A DNA stretch of 64,000 bases from Eledone cirrhosa (lineage: Eukaryota), in NCBI GenBank assembly GCA_964016885.1, contig OZ024742.1, positions 16,678,001 through 16,742,000 on the forward strand, given 5' to 3'. Position numbers and translations under genes: made by a program. The notes below the pieces were generated by a model. That model was given only the letters and a program-made list of their open reading frames with translations, searched no databases and was not told the DNA's origin. Position 1 is the stretch's first letter; the number at the start of each line of letters is the position of its first letter. Positions 39,354-53,210 of the stretch are shown here, in pieces.

Positions 39354-41074
39354 TTTGTGTCTGAGAGAAAATAGACAACAATAAAATCTCGGGGATAAAA
39401 AAATAAAAATAATTTTGTCTTCCTAAGTTTTCAGCTTGCTATTTATTCCAGTAAAGTACCTAAGTCAAATTTACTAATTATTGTCTGCAAATGTCCTTAT
39501 TGATGCCAAATTACCAAATTACCAATGTATCTCTTGTTAATATATTTATTTTCGTGCAAATAGCAGGTGACGTTGAGCATCGGACATTTAGTTCTAATTT
39601 CAACTACCGCCTACATCAATTTCGTACTTCATATCTCTTGGAATGTATCTCTGATACTACTGCCAAATACTACTGTTTGTATATGTACATTCTGAATTAT
39701 TTATTTTTCTGTTCGCAATCATAGTTTCTTAAACCAATAAGCGTGCAATTTTCTTCCCCTTGATTACTGATCCATTCTCGACGACTTGGGATAAAGGTTA
39801 TACTTTGTTGATAAGTTGAAGTTAAGAATGAGACATCCCTGGAACTGCCTCTCGTATTTGCCGCAAATATGAAAATAAAACGAACCGTTAATGCATACGT
39901 CTTTTCTATCACTACATATTTGTATTTATAGCATGCTAGAAATACCCCAAACATTAAGCATAACCTACCTAAAACATATTAGATTTTTTTGAAGAACTGC
40001 AATATGTAAGATCAATAAGAACGACCATCAAACACAATAACACATAACAAATTCAACTCTTATGGAGTAGCCATCACATATTGGTCAAGGCATATGAGAG
40101 AGATTGAAGTGATGCGGACCGCCTTATAAGGCAGTAACAGCAGGAGTAGACAAAAGAAGTTTTATAGATTCTAATGTTATAGGTTGGATTCTAAACACTC
40201 TAGCCTGAGAACATTCTTTAATTCTGAATGCGTGCATTACTGTTTAAGATGTGTCAGAGCAATTGAGAGAGCACAACAAGAAGCTATCAATTTTCATATG
40301 AAGTATATGTAAATGTGTGATGTCCGAACGTGTACCCGTCAATTATGGCTATAAAACTTTATAGCCAGTAATGGCAGAAGGAGGCATTTTCCTAGATCTA
40401 GGGGTAGCTATTGAAATTTGTGTGTTTGTGTTTGTGTATGTGTGGGTAAGTTTTTAGAATCTGTAATCTGTTTGGAAAGTTTTCCCTCGTGAAGGATGTG
40501 TCAAACATCTGCTTCTTTCGTTTCACAAATATTTTAGAACAATTGAAAGCAACTAAATGGGAAATTTAAAGAGGTTTCTTATTTTTGCTAACTTAGAAAT
40601 TTAAACATTGCGAAAATGTAGCTGAAAACAAGTTAGGTATTTACATAACTATAGACACAAGGAAATATATTCATGTATGTACATACATATACACCTACAC
40701 CTCATTACTACCAAATATTCTGATAACACAGCTTTATTAAATTTTATATAAATAACTTAAATAGCAATTATTGAGAGACACAATGTTGTTATTGAGGGAA
40801 ATATTTAAAAATTACAAAACGTAATATCTGTGAGCAAAGAATATTAAAGAAGAAGAATTTGTAGAACAATAATTAAAATAATATCTAAAATTTCATCGTA
40901 ATTACTATCCGGTAATAACAAATTGCTTACATCTCATAAAAACACATTGAAAATAAAAGTTAAAGAACTATCTATAATAGAAAGAAATCCATCACAGAAG
41001 GAAGTAAATTTACCGTAATTAATAATTATTGCATATTTATACTTTTCTTATGCATCTATTTTAACAGAGAAACA

Positions 41075-41318
41075 CACACAACCATACTCAAACAACGATA
41101 CATACACAACCACACACTCACAACCAAACATAAACACACACACAACCATACATAAACAACGATACACAAACATACATAAACAACGATACACACAACCATA
41201 CATAAACAACGATACACAACCATACATAAACAACCATACACACAACCATACATAAACAACGATACACAACCATACATAAACAACCATACACACAACCATA
41301 TATAAACAACGATACACA
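41075..41318. repeat. Compound ~12-28 bp minisatellite (CAACCATACATAAACAACGATACACA)
   Basis: Read directly. Confidence 0.85.
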
Positions 41319-41959
41319 TTTATAGATACATAACTTAGTTGGATTATATAATATTCTGTTTTACCAAATTAATAATTTACTTTAAAATTGTTAGTTACAA
41401 ATTTAATCTGATGTAGCTATATATATATATATGTATATATATGTATATGTGTACACACACACACATATATATATATTTATTAAAATAACAGATTAAAGTT
41501 TAAGCAAAGAATCGCTGCATATATATATATTTATACCAGAGCACACTGTATATTAGAAGGTTTTAGGTAAATTTAATGTCGATATAATTACAATTGTTTT
41601 AAATTAGAAATCTTTGCTGTAATGCGAATGAGAAGTGAACCGTTTCAACTCTTTCTGTATACAGAAATAACATAAGTGAATATATTTACGCATGTTAGAG
41701 ATTGTTGTCTCCTCACCAAAATATAATACCACTATATTTCTGTATACAGAAGATTACTAACAGCAATGCTATATATGTCAAATAGGATGTAAACTATTGC
41801 TGTAATAGTAAGTCTATATTTTATGGCATGTATAATTATACTGAGGAAGAAGAGGGGAGAAAACTAATCTGAGTCATAGTAAAAATCAACAATGGCTCAA
41901 AAGCTACACGTTGAAAGAAACGAGCTGACAATCTGATTCTCACTGTACAATACTGTATT

Positions 41960-44900
41960 CTACACCTCTCCCACCAGACCACCAACGACAAGCACCAACC
42001 TCTTTGCTAGCACCTTGGCCAAAATCTTGAACTCTGTGTTTAGCAGAGTTATGGGCCTAAAATTATCTATGTTATCCCCCTTGCTCGGATCCTTTCTCAG
42101 CAGCGCCACAGCTCCTCGGCTCACAGAGCTGGGAATTCTCCCGTTCTGTTGCCAGTTGCAGTAGACGTCCGCCAAGAGGCCTCCGAACAAGTCTGGCATC
42201 TGTACGTAAAGTTCATAGGGCAGACCATCCAAACCAGGCGATTTACCCCTTGTGCAGCTAGTCATTGCCACCCGTACTTCAGCGGCTGTTATCGGCTTTT
42301 CGCAACACTCCGCCTCAGAGGCCGAGAGCCGCGGCAGTCCGTCGAGGTAGACACTAAAGTCCATCCCTCGAACCGGCCCGCCGCTGCCCCCGAACAACTG
42401 AGCGAAGTGTCGCTGAAAAGCTTCACACATTTGCCCGGGATCGAGTAGCATGCGCCCGTCGTGAACCACCAAAGACCGGATCGTGGCTTTGTTGCCATGA
42501 CGCGCCTCCGCCACTCGGGCCCATTGAACGGCTTTCGTCCCCTCGTGTCTGAGAGCACGCACCCTAGCTCTGACAACGCAGCCTTCGTGCTTTGCATTGA
42601 AGAATTGGTCAAGGGCCAATTTCGCCGCAAGTACGTCGGTCGCGATGCCTTGCTAAGCGCCTCGTCTAATTTTCTAACTAATTCTCCCTCTGCTCTATTT
42701 TTCTCTATTGCTAAAGCCTTACTAAACATAATGGACTCTATTCTAATTGCTCTTTTCAGAGCAAACCACCACTTGTTGTTGACGATGGCCCCCGTCAACG
42801 CCCGCTTAACTAGTTCGCTAATCCGGTCTCTGTAGGCCTTGCGCGCTGGTAAGGACGCGTTTAGCTTCCAGTAGCCGGGTCCTCGTCTATGAAGCCTATC
42901 TAAGTCAAGCACACAGATCACGAATTTGTGGTCCGTTAGCTGACTATCTTGAATTGTGGACAGCCTATGCTAGACCTATCTATTTCCCTACAAAATACTT
43001 TATCTAGATATGACCTGGAATACCCTATGCGATTTGTCCAAGTTCACATTGGCACATTCGGGAAATCCAATCGGTACCTATCAGACAGGTCAAAACGCCT
43101 GAGCAAGTTGGTGAGGCTCTTGCACCCTCCTCCCCTATCCGCTAATCCCACACAGTCCCAGCGTGCATCTAAGATCCCGTTCCAGTCGCCCACTAACACT
43201 AAAGAGCGGGACGTTCCAAGAAAGGTCTCCAGACGCCGGAAGAAATCAGGCCGCCCTGCTCCTGTCGGGGCATAGACGGCCACTAGCCTGAAAGCTTGCC
43301 CGTCTCCGCTGGTCACGTCTAGCACCACCAACCTACCTTCTGGGTCCAGGAAGATGGCCTGTATGGCGAGATCCAAACCTCTCCGAAAAAGCACAGCAAC
43401 TACTCCCCCCCCCCGATCCCGGACGACTGGGAGATGCGTACACATCGTAGCCGCCGAAGATCGGTGCGAAGGCCCGTGCTTCGGAGATTCTGGTCTCGCT
43501 GATGGCCACTACATCTATGTTTAGTGACTTGAGGTCGTTGAGCAGGTGGCCCTGCTTCCATGACAACCCCAAGCCACGCGCATTTTTGCTGCCTATTCTG
43601 AGTGTGGTCATGTTGAAATGGAGTGGAAGACATGGGAAAGACCACTTACCTTACTTCTCGTAGAGGACGGATGGTTTGTCTATCCTTTTCACTGCTTGTG
43701 GCCTCCTCTAGAAGGATGTCCTTATAAATCCCCTGGAGAGTGTTTGTCGGATGTCTCCGATGTCTTTGGGGAATTTTTGTTTTAGTGTCGTGTACGTTTT
43801 CTGTGTGATGCGAGTGATTTGTATGTGTGGAGGTGGTGTGAACTTTTGGGTTGTTGTGTAGTCTTTTTCTGTGATGCTGGTATTGTGTTGCATGTAGTGT
43901 AATAATTGGTTGTTGTTCAAATTTAATGCTGTGTAGTGTGTATCGATTTGGTTGTTTTGTTTTGTTTGCGTTTGTTGTGGGTTTGTTTCTGTTACGCTTT
44001 TCGGTGACTTTTGTGGTGTTGGTGATGGTGGTGTTGGGGTTAATGATAGAGATGGTGTTGGTGTTTGTGGTGATGGGGTTGGTGTTGCTGGTGTGGATGG
44101 TGGGATATCTGTCCTAACTTTTTTGTTTGATAATTTATTTGTTTCCCTCTGTATTTTGTTTTTGGAGGAGGAAGGAAGAGATTGTTTTTCTTTTTGGTTT
44201 CTTTTTTTCTTTTTTCCTGATACCGTTTCCCACTCCTCGTCGTCACAATCTGTTTCCAGTTGCGATAAGCCGGGGAGTGGAAAATCCTCCACAGGCATTG
44301 GTTTTCTTTGTGGCATGGTGGATGGTGTAGGCGCTGGTGCTAGTTCTGGCGCGTTGGGTGGTGGTGGTGTTGGTTTTGCTACTGTTGCTGGGGTTGTTGC
44401 TGTTACAGTTGCTTCTGTTGTTGCTGCTACAGTCGGTGCTGCATTTCTGCTGCTGGTGGTGTTGATGGTTGAGTCACTGGGGTGGGTAAGAGAGGTGGCC
44501 TCAAACTTTTAGCCTGAGGGCAGAAAGCCCTTAGGTGGGTTCCTTCACCACAAACGATACACCTAGGTCTTCTGCCGTCGACGATTACGGTGAGGTGGCT
44601 GCCGTCAGTGAGGTCTATTACCTCTGGGATCTCCTCAATGCTTTTATGGTCCGCTTGAATCAGGAGCCCCATCCCATATCCGGACCAGTTCTCCTGCTTT
44701 TCTTTCGCTATTTCAATTATCTTGGTGTTGGCCTCGATGCCGGCGAGGACGGCAGCCATTAGCCAGGGAAGTTCGATCTTCACAAGTCTTCACAAGTCTT
44801 CACAAGTCTCTGGCCACAATAGCTTGGGACGAGTGTGAAGTCGTCACTTCTTAATGGGGCCATGGAGTGTTCTCTGGCCTCCTGTTGTGTTTCAAAGAGC

Positions 44901-45784
44901 ACGTCTACGGTTCCATATTTCTGCCCACGTCTGATGGGTTTTTTTTTGCCCACACATGTCCCAAAGCCTTTTGAATTTGGGACTCGGATACCCGTTCCAC
45001 TCGGCGCGATTTTATGTTAATTGTCCGATAAGACACGGTGCATAGGCGACATTGCTCCATTTTATTAGGTGTGTGTGTGTGGGGGGGGGGGGGCTGACCC
45101 TGTACCCATCTTTCTTTACCATTCCTTTGGCTTCTTCTAATTCCTCCCGAGTTACCTGGATCGCTTCGCACGTTTTTGCTACTCTGGCAGTTTTCTTAAT
45201 TTCATTGTTGCTGTTGTTGTTATCATTATTTTTGATATTGTTAATTTTAGTTTCAGTTGTGGTGGTGGTGGCGTCAGTCGTGTTCGGTATGGACGAGTTC
45301 ATTTTGGTTGAATTCATTTCGATATCACGAGTTTTTGTTTCTGTTGTCGCTGTGGTGGTGGTGGGGGTGGGGGTTGTCGCGGTGGTGGTGGTGGCGGCTT
45401 TAACACCTGCAGTCATTGGTAATGGTGGGAAATGAACGTCTGCCTGAGACAAATTTAAAATATTGCTTCTGCTTACATTTCCAGTGTTGGCAAACGTAGC
45501 AATATTTACAATGTTGGTGTCGGTGTGAGGTGTTAGATTGTGAGGAAGGAGTGACTCTGAGTCATCCATAATTTTTCAAATAAAAAGTTTTGTTTGATAA
45601 TTATAAAAAGTTTAAATTTTGGGCTCAAGGTCCCAATATTTTTGAGTGTCCTTTTCAGAAATCAATGTATGTGCACTTATATACAGTTAACAATAAAAAC
45701 TTTCCATAAATGGCAATTTTAAACAACTGAAAATAACAAACCTTTGCGGAGCTCACGATGATACGATTTACTATGTAGGTCGCC
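41960..45784 (-). mobile_element. Tx1/L1-clade LINE (family 1): intact 5' end, frameshifted ORF1 with zinc knuckle, ORF2 APE + RT start, 3'-truncated
   Basis: ORF1 piece GRRPRCIVCGEGTHLRAFC. ORF2 has IGSKNARGL, ISET, VYAP, LVGDWN, GPGYWKLN, KSPGLDGLPYE, NFRPITLLNTEFKILAKVLAKRL and stops at LVGE. 5' end abuts (AAT)n. Confidence 0.92.
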
Positions 45785-45849
<65 letters not shown>

Positions 45850-45851
<2 letters not shown>

Positions 45852-46217
45852 TTTGAAAAATTGAGCAAGTATAAGGACCTGGAGATAGAAATTGGAAAAA
45901 TGTGGAAATTGAGAACTAAAACAATACCAGTGGTTGTAGGCGCTCTGGGAATGATACTTAAGGGGTCTAATGATTACTTATCGCAAATCCCGGGAAACCC
46001 GCGTATAGGAGAAATACAAAAGATAGTACTAATGGGAACTGCCCATATACTAAGGAAGATTCTGTCAATATAAGTACATCACAAGTCTAAACACTAAAGA
46101 TGCATGTGTGAGTATGTATGTTCTTTCTTGAACATGGCGGACCTTGTTGTCTCTTGAGGTAACTGGTTGTGACTTGGTGATAACTCGTATGAACATAAAG
46201 CAAGATAAATGCAACTG
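45850..46217 (+). mobile_element. Dong/R4-clade (RLE) LINE 3' fragment A
   Basis: EKLSKYKDLEIEI..MW...IPVVVGALG...QKIVLMGTAHILRKIL followed by a 3' UTR; (AAT)n at 45785-45849 and 46218-46239. Confidence 0.85.
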
Positions 46218-46239
46218 TAATAATAATAATAATAATAAT

Positions 46240-47201
46240 GTGTTCAGATGGAGAAAAACAACCTACACAAATACGTGACCGATAGTAAGGAGCCAATGCT
46301 CAGAATTGTACTGAAGGAGAGGACAATAGACCAGGGGATGTCCAAGGAGGAAATAACAAGGAGAAAGAGCAGCCTTCATGAAAAATCCCTTCTTTGAGAA
46401 AACGGAATTCAGAGATCCACAGACACGAAACTGGTTGAAAAGAGGAGACCTTAAAAAGGCTACAGAAGGAATGCTAATGGCTGCGCAAGAGCAGGCCCTC
46501 AAAGCGAAGTGGCTGAAACACCATATTTACAAGGAGGAGGCTAGCCCACTGTGCAGGATCTGTGGAGAGAGAGAGGTGACTGTGGCTCACATTGTATCCG
46601 AGTGTAAACACCTAGCCCAGACTCGCTATAAAGGCTGGAGACATGATTTGATGGGCAGGGTGATCCACTGGCACCTATGCAAAGTAAACAATTTACCACA
46701 TTCTGAGAAGTGGTATGAGCATAAGCCAGAGTCGGTGATGGAAAACGATCAGGTGAAGGTGCTGTGGGATTTTAGGATACAGGCGGACAAGAAACTGGAA
46801 CACAATAGACCTGACCTGGTGGTTTTGGACAAGGAAAAAAGATCCTGCCTGATTGTGGATGTGGCCTGCCCATTCGACACGAGAGTGCAAGAGAAGGAGA
46901 GGGAGAAAATTAACCGATACCAGGACTTAAAGTGGGAGGTAAAAAGGATTTGGAACTGCCATGAAGTCAAAGTGGTCCCGATTGTCATAGGCGCACTAGG
47001 TACTATCTCAAGGAGTTTCCAGGGATGGTTAAAGAAGATTAGTCCAGCCCCGCTTTTTGGAACACTTCAAAAGGCATGCTTGCTGGGAACAGCAAGAACC
47101 CTCCGATACATCCTGAATATCTGAGGCTGCAGGTAGTGGCTTGATATTCATTTCAACAAACTTTCCAGTTAAATAACATCAATGACTGAGACTCAAAGAA
47201 C
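46240..47201 (+). mobile_element. Dong/R4-clade LINE 3' fragment B (CCHC + restriction-like endonuclease)
   Basis: TEGMLMAAQEQAL, CRICGEREVTVAHIVSEC, RHD, VLWDF, RPDLVV, IVDVACPFD, EKINRYQDL, PIVIGALG; ends at (AAT)n 47202-47216. Confidence 0.9.
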
Positions 47202-47216
47202 AATAATAATAATAAT

Positions 47217-47488
47217 GCTTTCTTTATTAACCACAAGGGTTTACATAAAGTAGACATTAAGAACAGTACAGGACAATACAGGACGGTATAAATAGGCATT
47301 TCTGCGTGTAAAAAAACACAAAAAAAACAGAGGATATAATAATAGAACAATGAAAACATTCCCCAATAGGGGGGAGACTTCCGAGGGCCATCGTGGAGAA
47401 AGCCCATTAAAAAAAGCCACTGTGACCCTGACCACCAGGGCAATTGTCCTCTCCCAGTTTTCCACTTTCAATTTACAGGCATATACTC
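47217..47488 (-). mobile_element. 5'-truncated Tx1-like LINE 3' end
   Basis: Minus strand ends CCCTTGTGGTTAATAAAGAAAGC-(ATT)n, homologous to the 3' end of the element at 47513 (CCCTTGTGGCTAATAAATGAAATCAC-TATT); (AAT)n on both sides. Confidence 0.7.
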
Positions 47489-47512
47489 ATAATAATAATA
47501 ATAATAATAATA

Positions 47513-50500
47513 GTGATTTCATTTATTAGCCACAAGGGCCGACATGTAGGGGACAATACAAAGACAGGGACAGTGGGGGTTTACAATAAGGTCGAGTAAA
47601 AGTGCACAATGGCAAGACTAATTTAACAATGTAGAATAAAAAATATAAAATAAACTATGCATAAATATAACAAAATAAATTCCCCGATAGTGGGTGGACG
47701 GCCCTGGGGTGACTTAGGTACCCCACCAATCCTGAACCAACCTGCGCTTCTAGGGCACCCAGGGAGAGCACCCCTCTCCTCAAGTTAGCTAGCCTATAGG
47801 CGCATGGTCAGTGTAGGCCCATTCACACGGGATATTCTCGCCACATTCATCCACCTTTTAGCAAATATACTGGGGGGGGCACCACTTCTCTCTCCACCCT
47901 CACCTTCCTTTCCAGGTGAAACTTGAAGAAGTTGATGAGGGATTGGCCGAAGAGAAAAGTGTCTGTCTTCAGTTCTTTTAATCTGGTCCACCATATAACC
48001 TCTTTCGCAACTGCCACCAGACAGAGGAAAATTTCCTGATCTTCCTGACCTAAGGAAGGCGGCGGGTCGATCTTCACTATGGACACGGCCGATAGCCGGA
48101 TTCGTTCCACACGCGACAGTAGCTGTTCGATATAATTCCATAAGTCAGTAAAACACGGACATTGGACAAGTTCGTGCAGAACGGTTTCGTTGTTCTGTGC
48201 GCATTTTGGGCAAGTCAGTCTGACAGCATTTCCGTGCCTGTAGAGTTTATCCCGAACTGGCAGTGCCCCCGGTAGCACTGCCAAGCGAGGGATTTCTGGA
48301 AATTGTCCTTCGTCCCCGGCTCGAAAGTCCTCCGGAACAGACTCGTCAATTCAACTTCGTCGAGGCCCAAAGCTTCTCCGAGTGCATCATCGCACTTGCC
48401 CACCACTAATCCTCTATAGAACTCGAGAGTGGAAGTTCCACTGATCGCATTGCCCGCTTGGTAGAGGGCAGTGAGTGCGTGGCAACATTCCATGTAGCAG
48501 TCACCCAGTCTCGGTCTCTTCTTGACCCAGGACTGCAGCTCAGTCAAAGAAACGAGCTGCGGATAGACCCGCCTGACAAACGGCGACCACACCTGTTCAC
48601 CGGTTAGGCAGAATATCTGGAGATGTCGCAGCCTCAACGCATGTCTGCAAATCATTAGCCACGATCGGCCCAGCCCTCCGCGTAGAGGGTGCTGGCAGCA
48701 GGTGGACCGCCTCACCAACGGAACTTGTCCCCTCCACAAGAATTTGAAGAGGAGCCGTTCCAACTTGACGAGGCGCGGACGGAGGCAAGGCACGGCGGCC
48801 AGGCGGTAGTAGATGACGGACTCGATCTACGCAGCGCCACCTCCGCGCGACCTTTCAGTGATAGTTTCATCCTAGCCCATTTTTGTGTGAGACTGGCTAC
48901 TCTGCTCGTTACCTCGTCCCAATTCTTTTCCACCTGGAGGTCTGGTCCGAACCAAACCCCGAGCAACTTTACCGGTCCGTCTGTCCAGCGCCCCACGACA
49001 CTGGTGGACGGCATGGGATTGCCTCTCCAGGTTCCGAGCTGCAAGCCCACCGACTTTTCCGGGTTAAGTTTGGCTCCTGTCAACCTTTCATATTCCTTCA
49101 ATAAGGTGCCGACCACCTCGATTTCTGAGGTGTTCGGCACCATCACGGTGATGTCGTCCGCATAAGCCGACACCGCCTTTCCACGTCCTGGTTCGAGTGG
49201 GATGCCCTGCAACAGCTCCCGCTTCCGCAGTAAAGGCTCGAGAGTCAATATGTACAGAAGGGAAGAGAGAGGGCACCCTTGAGGGACCGATCAGGAGAGT
49301 CGAAATGGTTCCGAGAGGTGGCCATTAACCTTGACCACCAAGCGTGTGCCGCTATGCATTGCAGCGATCCAGCTTCTGAAGACAGGGCCGCTTTGAAGAC
49401 AAACTCCAGATACCGATAGTCGACCCTATCGAATGCTTTCGATTGATCTAAATTGATCAGTGCCCCACCGAAGCCAGATTTACACCCTACCCTCTCTATG
49501 ATGTATCGCATGAGGTCGAGATTGTCGTGTATGGACCTGGCTGGGATCACACAAGTTTGCGCCTCCCCAACCAAATCCTCGAGGACAAGCGCCAATCATT
49601 TTGCTAACACGTTGGCCAAAATCTTAAACTCTGTGTTGAGCAGAGTTATGGGCCTGAAGTTGTCTAACGTATCCTTCTTGTTCTCGTCTTTCTTTATCAG
49701 CGTCACCACTCCCCTGATCACAGAACTGGGAATACTCCCATTCTGCTGCCAGTTGCAGTAGAGTGCTTCGAGAAGATCGGAGAACAAGTCTGGCATATTT
49801 ACGTAAACTCGTAGGGCAGGCCATCCAAACCGGGTGACTTGCGCCTCATGCAGCCGACAAGGACGTCCTGAATGTCGGCTAAAGTAATCGGCGTTTCGCA
49901 GCGCTCAGTGTCGACCGTCGAGATGCCCGGAAAGCCGTCAAGGTAGGGACTGCAATCAGATACTCTCTTTGACTCGTCACTCTCCCTGAACAACCGAGCA
50001 AAGTGCTGGCGAAAGGCCTCACACATCCGCTTCGAATCGCTTATCTCGTGTCCGTCTCGGTCCGCCAAATACTGAATTGTGGTTTTATTACCACGCTACG
50101 CCTCCGCCACGCGGGCCCATCGAACAGCTTTGGTTCCCTCATTTCTCAGCGCACGCGCCTTAGCTCTGACAATGCAACCTTCGTGTATCGCATTGAAGAA
50201 ATGGTCTAATGCCATTCTCGCCGCTAGCACGTCAGTTTCAATGCCACTACAAATAGCCTCGTCTAACTTATCTATCAGCTCCCCCTCCTTTCTATTTTTC
50301 TCTAACGCTAGTTCTTTGCTGAACTCTATCGAAGTTACTCTAATCTCTCTTTTGAAGCCCCCCCCCCATCTGTTGTTGATGATGTCCCCTGTCAACTTTT
50401 GCTTAACTAAATTGTTGACTCGGTCCCTGTAAGCCTTACGTGCCGGAAATGACATGTTCAGCTTCCAGTAACCCGGTCCCAACCTACGCGTTTTTTCTAG

Positions 50501-52797
50501 GTCGACCATACAGATCACAAATTTGTGATCCAAATAGGCGACCGTTTTAAAAAGTGGGCAGCCTACACTATTTCTATCTGTTTTCCTAATGAAGTTCCTG
50601 TCTATATACGATCTAGATGACCCCATGCGTATGGTCCATGTCCATACTGGCACATTGGGGAAATCTAGTCGATACCTGTCAGACAGTTGGAACTGGCTGA
50701 GTAGGTGCTCGAGGCTTTTGCACCCCCCGTTCCTACCAGGTCTCCCACACAATCCCAGCGTGCGTCTAAGATGCCATTTCAGTCCCCCGCTAACAGTAAA
50801 GGGCGAGACGTACCCAGAAAGGTCTCCAGGCGCCTAAAGAAGTCCGGTCGTCCGGCCCTGTAGGAGCGTAGACGGCCAGCAGTTTAAAGGCACCACCTTC
50901 GCTACTGCTCACATCCAAGACCATCAACTTACCGTCCGGGTCGCGGAAGATAGACCTTACCTCGAGATCCAGTCCTTTCCTAAACAGCACTGCCACCCCA
51001 CCCCCCATTCCCGGCCTGCTAACAGATGCAAAGATCTGATAGTCGTCAAAAATGGGGCCTAGTGCGCGAGTGTCGGAAATTCTGGTCTCGCTGACGGCAA
51101 TCACATCCATTTCCAGCGACCTGAGGTCGTTGAGCAGGCGACCTTGCTTCCAAGGTGACCCCAGGCCGCGAACATTTAAACTTCCTACTCTTAATATGGC
51201 CATGTTGGCAAGCTAAAAGAGAGAAGGAAGGTTTACTTACCTCCCGGGGTCTTGTGAAGGTCGGGTGGTTCGACCTCCATGGTTGTTGGGGTTTCTTTTG
51301 GGAACCCCTTTAAAAGTCTCGATGTGGGTTTCACATTCGGGGTTCCCACGTTTGAGGAAAGCCCTCCCGAATTTCTTTGAAGGAATCGAGTGACATTCGG
51401 ACCAGAAGCAAATCTTCTGGCACGCAAAATGTGCTCATTTCAAAAATCTCCCCCTCTGTTTGAATGTCCTCGCCTCGTCCTAAGAGGGCCATCAGTTTAT
51501 CGTTGGCCCTTCTGACAAGCACGAAGTTTTTAACATTCTGTTGATGTGGTTTTATTTGTTTTCGTTTTGGTGACTGTGGTGGTAATGGTTTTGGTGGTGT
51601 TGTTTCGGGTATGTCTGTGTTTGTTGTAGGTGTGGTGTCTACAATTTCAGGTATTTGTTTGTTTATTTGTACTTGTGTTTGTTTAGGTTGTTTGCGTTTC
51701 GGGGATTGTGGGGGTGGTGTCGATGTTGCTGTTGGTGGTGATGTTATTGGGGAAGTGTTTGCGTTAGTGGAGTCTGTATTTTTTGTTGTGTATGCTTTTG
51801 TGTTTTGTTGGGGCTTTTTTTTTTTTGGTGAGTTTTCTCTGTTTTTTTTTTTTGCAATTTTGGGTTTTCCTTCACCTTCGCTGCTGAAAGACAAAGGGTC
51901 TGTGGCTGTGAGAGTCTCTGTGTCTGTGTGTGCGTTTATTGTTTTGTCTATGTGTATAATTGGGGGGGGGGGGTAGTGGGAGAGCTTTCCTCGTTTTCCC
52001 CTTGGATTGGTTTCGGTGTTGGTGGTGGTCCGGCTGTTTTGGATGTTGGTGTCCGTGTATTTGTTGGTGTTGTTTTTGGTGGTGGTGATGCAGCTTTCCG
52101 TGCTGACATTGGCAACATAGGAGGTTTGCGACTCTCTGCATTTTTGCGGTGAGGGCAGAGGCTTGAAGATGCGTTGTTTCCCCGCAGACGAAGCAGTGTG
52201 GACTCCTTCCCTCAGTGATTAGTTGGATTGTTGTCCCGTCCTGCAGGCGGGCAAAATCCGGGATGTTGTTCATGTCCTCCGGTTTCATTTGGAGAAGAAT
52301 CTCCAAATCCATTCCGGACCAGTCTTCTCTCTCTGTCCTTTTGTTATCCAGGAGTGTAGTGTCTGTCCCCTCCTCGATTACGCATCCCAGGAGCCACCAT
52401 ATGTTCATTCCTGGTGGGATGCTGGGAATGCGGACCTTTACTGTCCTTTTACCCATATAGGACGGGTGCATGATAATGCGTTCCGTTCTGCAGAGGGTCA
52501 CCAAGTGCTTAATAGCACGGGCCTCGGTTTTGAACAGTACCGAGATGGTACCGAACTGTTTGGCTCTTGCGTTGTACTCTATGTCATTCCCGATATTTCT
52601 TTTTCGAAGTTTTTAAAAATAAATCTGAATATTCGGGCTTAAACCCCGAATATTGAGAGATCTCCCTTCTTTGAAACCAAGGTAGGTACCTGATTTTTCG
52701 TTAACGACAAGAAAATACAAAAAATGATACTTTAAAACAGCTTAAAGTTACGAACCTTTTCCCCCGCAGACTTGACAGTGTTCACACATGTGCGTCC
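47513..52797 (-). mobile_element. Full-length but multiply frameshifted Tx1/L1-clade LINE (family 2)
   Basis: ORF1 GRSPHCFVCGETTHLQAS. ORF2 (51203 to ~47800) has VGSLNVRGL, VYAP, YIDR, DHK, GPGYWKLN, NFRPITLLN, LDQSKAFDRV, AYADDIT, VKLLGVWF, GGLG, CPKC..NETVLHELVQC. 3' UTR with AATAAA; (AAT)n at both ends. Confidence 0.93.
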
Positions 52798-52828
<31 letters not shown>

Positions 52829-52831
<3 letters not shown>

Positions 52832-53188
52832 TTGAGCAAGTATAAGGATCTGGAGATAGAAATCGGAAAAATGTGGAAATTGAGAACTAAAACAATACCA
52901 GTGGTTGTAGGCGCTCTGGGAATGATACCTAAGGGGTCTAATGATTACTTATCGCAAATCCCAGGAAACCCGCGTATAGGAGAAATACAAAAGATAGTAC
53001 TAATGGGAACTGCCCATATACTAAGGAAGATTCTGTCAATAAAAGTACATCACAAGTCTAAACACTAAAGATGCATTTGTGAGTATTTATGTTCTTTCTT
53101 GAACATGGCGGACCTTGTTGTCTCTTGAGGTCACTGGTTGTGACTTGGTGATAACTCGTATGAACATAAAGCAAGATAAATGCAACTG
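52829..53188 (+). mobile_element. Dong/R4-clade LINE 3' fragment C (near-identical to A)
   Basis: Same peptide and 3' UTR as 45858-46217 with a few substitutions; flanked by (AAT)n. Confidence 0.85.
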
Positions 53189-53210
53189 TAATAATAATAA
53201 TAATAATAAT

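Noticed and set aside
39491-39954. Possible host exon(s) in unique-looking sequence
   Set aside because: No recognisable domain, no consistent splice or frame evidence, and only short ORFs.
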